Assembly (NCBI GenBank): GCA_964400415.1
Contig: CAYNTP010000021.1
Span: forward strand, 40,218 to 72,217
DNA length: 32,000 nucleotides
From: an uncultured Parafilimonas sp.
GTDB lineage: Bacteria > Bacteroidota > Bacteroidia > Chitinophagales > Chitinophagaceae
Direction of reading: 5' to 3'
Notes under the pieces: model-generated
Told to the model about the DNA's origin: nothing
Database searches by the model: none
The model's input: only the letters and a program-made list of their open reading frames with translations
Program-made: the position numbers and the translations under genes
Shown: positions 8,414 to 15,384 of the stretch, piece after piece
Layout of the letters: every line of letters starts with the position of its first letter
How positions within the stretch are numbered: position 1 is the first letter of the stretch

Positions 8414-9729
8414 TATCCTACTCTTTTGGGAGTTGATGAATTATTTTGATTTGATGTACCTGATGTGCTTACATCTCCAGTAATTGATCCCGATGAGTTG
8501 TTCCCATTATTTTTTATTGAGATAAGTTTACTTAAAAGATCGAACCAAAATGATGCACCAAGAGAAATTGCAAATGCGGTTAATAACCAACCTACCAGCA
8601 TTGTTCCTTTTTCCTGGTATGGGTTACCATCACAATGAAATTTCTCATTACATTTTTTAATCTCATTTTTCAGCTGTTTTAATTTTGTGGTGTCATCAGG
8701 GCTGCAACATGATAGTCTTTGTTTTAATGAATCACAGATTTTGCAACTATCTTTATTTGGCCATCCTAACCCTGCTATATTATTAGCCTTATCAATATCC
8801 GACATCACAGTATTTTTTGCAGTTTCTAAAATGCTATCAGGTATTTTCGATATTATACTTCTGGTAATTGTATCTTTAATAATCACTGTATCTTTTTTAG
8901 CACTATATGATGTGTCTGAGTTTTGATGTGCAGATAAAATCTGCGAAGTGTCAGATAGTTGTTTTACCAAATCTTTATATTTTGGTACTGAGACAGTGGC
9001 CAACTGAACAAGGTTTTCCCTGGCTGTTTTATCTTTTGCAAGAATTTTATATATGGCAATTGTATCCACATTAAAATTTATTGCAAGAAAAAAACCTATT
9101 AAAAACAGCATAAGCCTATTTTGCCTTTTATACCATCCCGTAGTTCTATCCATTGTATTATTGAACCAACCATCCAATGCGCTTTCGAATTTATCAATAT
9201 CATTATTAGCATCAAGGAATGTTTTTTGCAAATGGTTCAAGGTATCAGGATCAATAGAAATTTCCGGGCCATTTAGAGGCCGGAAAGTTTTCAAGCTAAA
9301 CAATGCCTCCCTTAGCAAATTTATTTTGGGGGTTAAACCATCATAATTGTTTCCTATAAGAAGATATATTAATGTGGATGAAAAATCAACGGCATTAATA
9401 TATGCAGGTTTACTATTCCACTTACTTTCACTGAGATATTTTATCGTCGGATAATTGAAAAATGCCTTTGTAAAATTGCTTTTGGACTTGTATGAAGGGT
9501 TAAAAAAACGAACTAATGAAAACCATATTTCAATAAAAGCATTGGTGATTGTAAAATCAAAATTTTTATTGTCATCTTCCAACATCCTCCTTATTCCTTT
9601 TTGAAGCATCCTGCCTCTTAAATTAAACCATCTCGCTAACATCTCCTGCAGTATCGTCGCCAGCAAACTATACAACAAATAAATAAATACCAATCCGATA
9701 AATACATCGAGGGCAACATTGTTAAACAT
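8413..9729 (-). CDS. Three-TM membrane protein of unknown function with a six-Cys cluster and a Ser/Asn/Gly-rich tail
   Basis: 438-aa ORF. Hydrophobic helices at ~5-28 (ALDVFIGLVFIYLLYSLLATIL), ~205-228 (LMLFLIGFFLAINFNVDTIAIY) and ~376-398 (MLVGWLLTAFAISLGASFWFDLL). Cys329/332/341/342/360/366 follow C-x2-C-x8-CC-x17-C-x5-C. The tail is NNGNNSSGSITGDVSTSGTSNQNNSSTPKRVG. Confidence 0.7.
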   Translation of the reverse strand: MFNNVALDVFIGLVFIYLLYSLLATILQEMLARWFNLRGRMLQKGIRRMLEDDNKNFDFTITNAFIEIWFSLVRFFNPSYKSKSNFTKAFFNYPTIKYLSESKWNSKPAYINAVDFSSTLIYLLIGNNYDGLTPKINLLREALFSLKTFRPLNGPEISIDPDTLNHLQKTFLDANNDIDKFESALDGWFNNTMDRTTGWYKRQNRLMLFLIGFFLAINFNVDTIAIYKILAKDKTARENLVQLATVSVPKYKDLVKQLSDTSQILSAHQNSDTSYSAKKDTVIIKDTITRSIISKIPDSILETAKNTVMSDIDKANNIAGLGWPNKDSCKICDSLKQRLSCCSPDDTTKLKQLKNEIKKCNEKFHCDGNPYQEKGTMLVGWLLTAFAISLGASFWFDLLSKLISIKNNGNNSSGSITGDVSTSGTSNQNNSSTPKRVG

Positions 9730-9845
9730 AGGTGAGCTTTTTTAGTTGACAGTGAATAAAAACAACATGTCAAACTTAAAATCAAACATCACCTTATGAA
9801 ACGGGAAAATCTGCAATTCTTGTCGTGATTTTTCACAATGGTACT

Positions 9846-9861
9846 ATGGGAAAATTCCCAT
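9846..9861. promoter_or_regulatory. Candidate operator palindrome upstream of the membrane-protein/protease operon
   Basis: ATGGGAA-AA-TTCCCAT has perfect 7-bp arms and lies ~120 bp upstream of the 9729 start codon. A half-site-like GGGAAAAT recurs at 9803-9810. A possible Bacteroidota -7 box (TAAGTTTG on the minus strand, 9778-9771) lies between it and the ATG. Confidence 0.25.
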
Positions 9862-9968
9862 GCTTATCATTCTCATGTAAACGCAGTATTACATTTCAGA
9901 AGAAGTAATTATTCCTGCTTTCAATAAAATATATTGAAGTAAAAGAAGTAGAAATTTTTCAGAGGAGT

Positions 9969-10316
9969 TTATCTTATCTCACCAAAACATTCATAATGCT
10001 GTACTGTGGGTTCAAGTTCTAAAAGATATTTTTTGTCTTCGGCATAATACTTTGCCTTTTCATAGTTCTTCCCTGCAAATGCTTTAATACTTTCTACATT
10101 TACCCACCACGATACAGACCAGATATGTGTGATATCACCTTCCTGTTTTTGCCACACCTGTGCATTCAGGTTGCCGGGTGTTGCCCGATAATCTTTCACA
10201 CCTGTCTGCATTACATAATTCATGTATGCTTCTGCATTTTCAGTTGATGTTTTTCCATGCCATATCCTGACAATCATAATCGTAATTTCAAAAGTTGAAG
10301 CCGGATATATTTTCAT
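9969..10316 (-). CDS. Small dimeric alpha/beta-barrel (ABM / antibiotic-biosynthesis-monooxygenase-like) protein
   Basis: 115-aa ORF; the real start may be Met14 at 10277 (MIVRIWHGKT...). The pattern IVRIWHG...AEAYMNYV...GNLNAQVW...HIWSVSWWVNVESIKAF is typical of ABM-fold proteins. It lies 18 nt downstream of the permease gene on the same strand. Confidence 0.6.
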   Translation of the reverse strand: MKIYPASTFEITIMIVRIWHGKTSTENAEAYMNYVMQTGVKDYRATPGNLNAQVWQKQEGDITHIWSVSWWVNVESIKAFAGKNYEKAKYYAEDKKYLLELEPTVQHYECFGEIR

Positions 10317-10333
10317 ACCCGGCTATAAATTAA

Positions 10334-11584
10334 TTATACCATTTCAATGGCTTCAGCCTTTACTTCACTGCGTTTATCATCCCTGAATAAAATAATAAAC
10401 AATACCAGCACTACAACAGCAATACCACCGGGAATTACCCAGATTGCTTTCCAGTCATGTCCGCCGTTTGCTAAAGTATGTTGGTCAACAATTTTACCCG
10501 AAAGGATGGTTCCGATCAACATTCCCACGCCATAAGTTGCCAATGTGATGAAGCCCTGTGCTGCACTCTGAAACTTAACTCCTGCATTGTTATCAGTATA
10601 AATCTGGCCGGTAACAAAAAAGAAATCATAACAAATACCATGAAGTAAAATACCACCAAGTAACATCCAGTCAAGACTTGTAGTATTGCCATACGCAAAG
10701 AATGTATAACGGAGCGCCCATGCAAGCATCGCAAATGCCAGCATTTTCTTAACTCCCAATCTTGCAAAGAATAAAGGCATCAGAATCATAAACAACACTT
10801 CAGACATCTGTCCGAAAGTTTGTTTACCTGCAGCGCCTTTCATTCCTATTTCATTTAAAAACGGGTTGGTGAAATTATAATAAAATGAAAGCGGGATACA
10901 GATAGCAATTGATGCGAGAAAGAAAATCAGGTAAGAGCGTTTCTTCAATAAACGTATTGCATCCAGGCCTAAAATTTCTCCGACAGAAGTCTTGACACCT
11001 TTTTTTGCAGGTGGTGTCTTTGGTAAAACGAAACTGTATAAACCTAACAAAGCAGCAGCACCCGCAGCCATTTTAAATGTGAGCTGCAATTGTGTAAGTT
11101 GGGTGGTAGCATCTTTTTGTTCCCATCCAAGCCAACCTATGATTAAACCAGCAACAATCCAGCCTATACTTCCCAGAACACGAATTAACGGGAATTCAGC
11201 ATTCGGGTTACTCATCTGTCTTAAACAAATTGAATTCACCAACGCAAGTGTAGGCATATAAAGGATCATATAAATCATGATATATGTAACAAATGAACTA
11301 TAGTCAGTAGCAGTTGAACATAACCACAACATAACCGCTCCTGCAAAATGCAACACACTCAATATCCTTTCAGCATTAAAAAATTTATCAGCAATTAAAC
11401 CAACAATAAACGGCGCAATTACTGCCCCGATACTTTGACTTAAATAAGCTGTTGCAATTTCACTTCCGTTTGCATTAATTGCTGCGCTTCCAAGGTAAGT
11501 ACCCATTGTAACAAACCATGCACCCCAGATAAAAAACTGAAAAAACATCATGATAGCCAGCGAAACCCGAGTTGTTGCTTTCAT
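10334..11584 (-). CDS. MFS nucleoside:H+ symporter (NupG/XapB family)
   Basis: 416-aa ORF with ~12 hydrophobic helices. The N-terminus SLAIMMFFQFFIWGAWFVTMGTYL matches the family-typical LSFLQFxxWGSWxxTLGxY start of NupG-like permeases. Confidence 0.8.
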   Translation of the reverse strand: MKATTRVSLAIMMFFQFFIWGAWFVTMGTYLGSAAINANGSEIATAYLSQSIGAVIAPFIVGLIADKFFNAERILSVLHFAGAVMLWLCSTATDYSSFVTYIMIYMILYMPTLALVNSICLRQMSNPNAEFPLIRVLGSIGWIVAGLIIGWLGWEQKDATTQLTQLQLTFKMAAGAAALLGLYSFVLPKTPPAKKGVKTSVGEILGLDAIRLLKKRSYLIFFLASIAICIPLSFYYNFTNPFLNEIGMKGAAGKQTFGQMSEVLFMILMPLFFARLGVKKMLAFAMLAWALRYTFFAYGNTTSLDWMLLGGILLHGICYDFFFVTGQIYTDNNAGVKFQSAAQGFITLATYGVGMLIGTILSGKIVDQHTLANGGHDWKAIWVIPGGIAVVVLVLFIILFRDDKRSEVKAEAIEMV

Positions 11585-11766
11585 ACTTTTTTATTTAATC
11601 GAATGATTGATTGAAAAATGATTGTTTATAATAACCGATTGCAAATGCTCCAAAAATATTCAAATGGCTCATTTATATCAAGAAGCAATAATAACTAAAT
11701 TTTATTTTCCCACATTAATAATTACAGAAATTCGATAATTCGCTTTCTTTGTAAAAACAAAAACCT

Positions 11767-12264
11767 ATGTTATCAAAAACAATACAGGAAGCATTAAACC
11801 GCCAGGTACTGGTAGAGGCGCAGTCATCACAGGCATATCTTGCAATGGCAAGCTGGGCTGATATACAACCGGGTTTAAAAGGTGTAACACAATTTTTCTT
11901 TAAACACAGTGATGAAGAAAGGATACACATGCTGAAGCTCATCCGTTACATCAATGAACGTGGTGGGTTTGCAGTTATACCGGCATTGGCACAACCTACA
12001 CTGACTTTTGTTTCACTGAAAAAAGCATTTGAAGAATTATTCAGGCATGAAGTAAGTGTGAGCAACAGCATTAATGAATTGGTGGATATAGCCCTCAATG
12101 AAAAAGATTATGCAACACATAATTTTTTGCAGTGGTATGTAAACGAACAGATAGAAGAAGAAAAACTGGCAAGGGAATGCAATGATAAACTGGAATTGAT
12201 AGGCGATGATAAAAGCGGTTTGTATTTATTCGACCGTGACATCATGTTGATGGGTAATGAATAA
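11767..12264 (+). CDS. ftn: Non-haem ferritin
   Basis: 165 aa. Ferroxidase-centre context LNRQVLVEAQSSQAYLAMASWA, HSDEERIHMLKLIRYINERGG, EVSVSNSINELVDIA, HNFLQWYVNEQIEEE. Confidence 0.88.
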   Translation: MLSKTIQEALNRQVLVEAQSSQAYLAMASWADIQPGLKGVTQFFFKHSDEERIHMLKLIRYINERGGFAVIPALAQPTLTFVSLKKAFEELFRHEVSVSNSINELVDIALNEKDYATHNFLQWYVNEQIEEEKLARECNDKLELIGDDKSGLYLFDRDIMLMGNE

Positions 12265-12283
12265 AATTTGTATGCATAAAACG

Positions 12284-12318
12284 ACAGGAACGGATAATGA
12301 GCATACATCCGTTCCTGT
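12284..12318. terminator. Strong bidirectional intrinsic terminator between ftn and carB
   Basis: ACAGGAACGGAT (12284-12295) pairs perfectly with ATCCGTTCCTGT (12307-12318) across an 11-nt loop. TATTTATTT follows on the plus strand and CGTTTTATG on the minus strand. Confidence 0.8.
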
Positions 12319-12329
12319 TATTTATTTGA

Positions 12330-13976
12330 TTATCCTTCAAACGAACTATAGAAGTAAGGGGTCTTTGCTTCAAACTCTGCACTACATGTGTCCACCATTT
12401 TATAAACCCTGGTAATACCTAAAGCTTTACGTTTTTCATACACCTGTTCTGCAGTACAATTATTTTTTACAATACGTGCAATTTGTTCATCACTGAAGCC
12501 ATTGTGTTTTGCTTCTTTCAACAGGTCTTCTGTCAAATCTTCCAAAGTATGATGAGCTAATTCTTTTTCGATTCTTACTATTTCCTGTATCTGGTAAATA
12601 AACCAACGGTCAATATAAGTTTCCTGCACAATAGTTTTAGCGGTAACACCCTGCATCAAAGCATCTTTGATACGGAAGATGCGGTCCCATTTTGGTGTCT
12701 TGATATATTCAATCAACTCATCACTCTTCATGAGGCTTTTCCCATAATAACCTAAACCGACAGCTTCATTTTCCAAACTCTGACAAGCTTTTTGTATAGC
12801 TTCATTAAAGCTCCTGCCGATAGCCATCACTTCACCCACGCTTTTCATCTGCAAGCCAAGCGTATCATTTGCTCCTTTGAATTTGTCAAAATTCCAGCGC
12901 GGCATTTTTACAATCACATAATCCAATGCAGGTTCAAAATATGCAGACGTTGTTTTTGTAATCTGGTTTTTTAATTCATCCATTGTATAACCGATAGCCA
13001 GTTTTGCAGCAATCTTAGCAATAGGATAACCGGTTGCCTTGCTCGCCAATGCAGACGAACGGCTAACTCTCGGATTTATTTCTACAGCAATGATTTCTTC
13101 AGTCTCAGGATTCAATGCAAACTGCACATTACAACCTCCTGCGAAATTGCCAAGGCTGCGCATCATCTTCATTGCCTGGTTGCGCATCTCCTGGTAAGCT
13201 GTATCGCTTAATGTCATCGCCGGTGCTACTGTTATTGAATCACCTGTATGAATGCCCATCGGATCAAGGTTTTCAACTGTGCAGATGATAACAACGTTAT
13301 CATTTTTATCACGCAACAATTCAAGCTCAAATTCTTTCCACCCCAACACAGCTTTTTCTACTAATACTTCATGAATGGGTGAGGCCTGCAAGCCACGTTG
13401 CAATGCATCATCTAATTCTGATTTATCATGTACAAAACCACCACCTGTTCCACCTAAAGTAAATGATGGACGAATCACTAATGGGAAACCAATCTCCTGT
13501 GCAAATTCTTTCCCTTCTAAAAAACTATTGGCAACATGACTTGGCGCTACACTGATGCCGATATCAATCATCAATTCCCTGAATTTTTCCCTGTCTTCAG
13601 CCACTTTAATAGCATCAACATCAACACCAATCATCCGCACATTATTTTTTTCCCAAACACCTAACTCATCTGCTTCAATGCAAAGGTTCAATGCAGTTTG
13701 TCCACCCATTGTCGGCAACACAGCATCAATTTCATTTTCCTGCAGGATCTGTTCAATGCTCTCTACAGTCAATGGCAATAAATACACTTTATCCGCCATC
13801 ATCGGGTCGGTCATGATAGTAGCCGGGTTACTGTTGATGAGTACAACTTTTATTCCTTCTTCACGTAAACTTCTTGCAGCTTGTGAACCACTGTAATCAA
13901 ACTCGCAGGCCTGCCCAATGATGATTGGACCGGAACCAATAATTAAAACAGATTTAATAGAATTATCTTTTGGCAT
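12330..13976 (-). CDS. carB: Carbamoyl-phosphate synthase large subunit, N-terminal half only (first ATP-grasp + oligomerisation domain)
   Basis: 548 aa. VLIIGSGPIIIGQACEFDYSGSQA, PTMGGQTALN, VIRPSFTLGGTGGG, NVQFALNPETEEIIAVEINPRVSRSSALASKATGYPIAKIAAKLAIGY. It ends ...EFEAKTPYFYSSFEG*, where full-length CarB continues into the second ATP-grasp half. Confidence 0.88.
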   Translation of the reverse strand: MPKDNSIKSVLIIGSGPIIIGQACEFDYSGSQAARSLREEGIKVVLINSNPATIMTDPMMADKVYLLPLTVESIEQILQENEIDAVLPTMGGQTALNLCIEADELGVWEKNNVRMIGVDVDAIKVAEDREKFRELMIDIGISVAPSHVANSFLEGKEFAQEIGFPLVIRPSFTLGGTGGGFVHDKSELDDALQRGLQASPIHEVLVEKAVLGWKEFELELLRDKNDNVVIICTVENLDPMGIHTGDSITVAPAMTLSDTAYQEMRNQAMKMMRSLGNFAGGCNVQFALNPETEEIIAVEINPRVSRSSALASKATGYPIAKIAAKLAIGYTMDELKNQITKTTSAYFEPALDYVIVKMPRWNFDKFKGANDTLGLQMKSVGEVMAIGRSFNEAIQKACQSLENEAVGLGYYGKSLMKSDELIEYIKTPKWDRIFRIKDALMQGVTAKTIVQETYIDRWFIYQIQEIVRIEKELAHHTLEDLTEDLLKEAKHNGFSDEQIARIVKNNCTAEQVYEKRKALGITRVYKMVDTCSAEFEAKTPYFYSSFEG

Positions 13977-14365
13977 ATCAAAACAAATTGTGCAAATGTA
14001 ATTGCCGGCAGGTTATTTTTTGTTTTTAATCTGATAATGTTAATTACATGGTAACAGTTTTTATAAAACGAATGATTGTTTTCGAGTAATGTGAAAGGTT
14101 CATCTGATGATAGAAGTGTAAAAAGGAAAAATTCAATTAAAGCATTTTCCTTCACTGATTATAGATTAAATTCAACTAACAACTGTAAGTATGGAGCTGA
14201 TGAAAAATAAATCATTAAGGGAAAAGAAATATCATTTTACTTTTATTTCTACAAAATGTTTATTTTTCAAACCGGACATTTAGTACTTGTCATATTATTT
14301 TCTTTTGAAGACAGGTTTAATAAATGTTTGACTCAAAAATTTTTTAACTATTTAAAAAAAATCTG

Positions 14366-15277
14366 ATGCGCAGAAGAACATTCATTAAAAACTCAGGTTA
14401 TGCAACTTTAGGTTCACTGTTAATTTCAAATAAGATGTTCGCAGGATCATACTCTTCTCAACATGCAATCGGTTTGCAGCTATTTACTTTCTTCAACGTT
14501 ATTGATGAAGATGTCCAGGGCACTTTACAAAAAATTGCTGATGTTGGTTATAAAGAAATCGAATCGGCATTCAGTAAGAAAGGCGGTTATTATGGAATGA
14601 AGCCAAAGGAATTTGCAGCTATGTTAAATGGTATGGGTATGAGTTGGAAATCACATCATGTATTGGGTGCACCTTTCAAATTACCAAAAGGAGCAAAATT
14701 GCCAACTGATGCAAATGGGAAACCCATCACTATTCCACCCATGAGAAACCTGGAAGAAAATATGCAGGAACTGGTAGATGAAGCAGCAGATGGTGGTGTG
14801 GAATACCTGGTTTGCGCTAATATACCAACCGGCACTTTGGATGAAATCAAATCTTCTGTTGAAACATTGAACAAAACTGATGAAGCCTGTAAGAAAGCAG
14901 GAATCACATTTGCCTATCATAACCATGATATGGAATTTCATGAAGTGGAAGGAAAAATTCCTTATGATATTTTACTTTCAGAAGGAACAATGCAGATGGA
15001 ACTTGACCTGGCATGGGCAGTAAAAGGCAAAAGGGATCCTGTTGAAATGTTTAAGAAAAATCCTGGTCGCTTCCCGCTTTGGCACGTTAAAGATCTTGAT
15101 GCTTCACTTGAAAACATAATGCCCGTTGGAATGGGGACAATTGATTTTAAAAGAATTTTTGAAAACGCATCTAGTGCGGGCATGAAACATTTTTTTGTTG
15201 AACATGATATGCCTAAAGATCCGATGAGCAGCATCAAGGAAAGTTATAATTACCTGGCCAATGTTTTGAAAGTGTGA
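14366..15277 (+). CDS. Sugar-phosphate isomerase/epimerase (xylose-isomerase-like TIM barrel) with twin-arginine signal peptide
   Basis: 303 aa. The N-terminal MRRRTFIKNSGYATLGSLLIS fits the Tat consensus RRxF[LI]K. TIM-barrel family motifs: IGLQLFTF, GYKEIE, FAYHNHDMEF, LDLAWAVKG, WHVKD, FFVEHD. Confidence 0.72.
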   Translation: MRRRTFIKNSGYATLGSLLISNKMFAGSYSSQHAIGLQLFTFFNVIDEDVQGTLQKIADVGYKEIESAFSKKGGYYGMKPKEFAAMLNGMGMSWKSHHVLGAPFKLPKGAKLPTDANGKPITIPPMRNLEENMQELVDEAADGGVEYLVCANIPTGTLDEIKSSVETLNKTDEACKKAGITFAYHNHDMEFHEVEGKIPYDILLSEGTMQMELDLAWAVKGKRDPVEMFKKNPGRFPLWHVKDLDASLENIMPVGMGTIDFKRIFENASSAGMKHFFVEHDMPKDPMSSIKESYNYLANVLKV

Positions 15278-15308
15278 AAGGAAATACATTAATGTTTTAA
15301 ATTAAAAA

Positions 15309-15340
15309 AGTGCAGTTGAATGAATGATTTCAATTGCACT
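15309..15340. terminator. Bidirectional intrinsic terminator between convergent genes
   Basis: AGTGCAGTTGAA (15309-15320) pairs with TTCAATTGCACT (15329-15340) as a 12-bp stem with one G-U pair. An A-run sits on the left and TTT on the right. Confidence 0.65.
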
Positions 15341-15384
15341 TTTGATGTATGATGGATTGAATCAAAATTTCACAATACAATTTC

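Noticed and set aside
11700-11766. Possible Fur box upstream of ferritin (…AATTACAGAAATTCGATAATTCGC…)
   Set aside because: Only a single GATAAT hexamer is present, with no convincing 19-bp GATAATGATAATCATTATC-like dyad. Bacteroidota Fur/PerR operators are not well enough defined for me to call this.
12284-12318. The ftn/carB terminator hairpin contains GGAACG...CGTTCC, the same hexamers as the REP stem
   Set aside because: The arm order is opposite (GGAACG first, CGTTCC second), the stem is 12 bp with an 11-nt loop, and the flanks share nothing with the REP consensus. This is a coincidental resemblance; it is an ordinary intrinsic terminator.
12330-13976. Half-length carB as a simple pseudogene or truncation artefact
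   Set aside because: The ORF is intact with all N-half motifs and ends at the natural domain boundary. It is followed at once by a perfect terminator and a convergent intact gene, leaving no room for a frameshifted remnant. It is kept as a finding (split or half-size gene) rather than called a pseudogene, but decay of a paralogue cannot be excluded from this window.
13993-14000. Bacteroidota-type -7 promoter box (minus-strand TACATTTG) 17 nt upstream of the carB ATG
   Set aside because: It matches TAnnTTTG, but I could not find a -33 TTTG at appropriate spacing, and such octamers are frequent in AT-rich DNA. Not reported as a feature.
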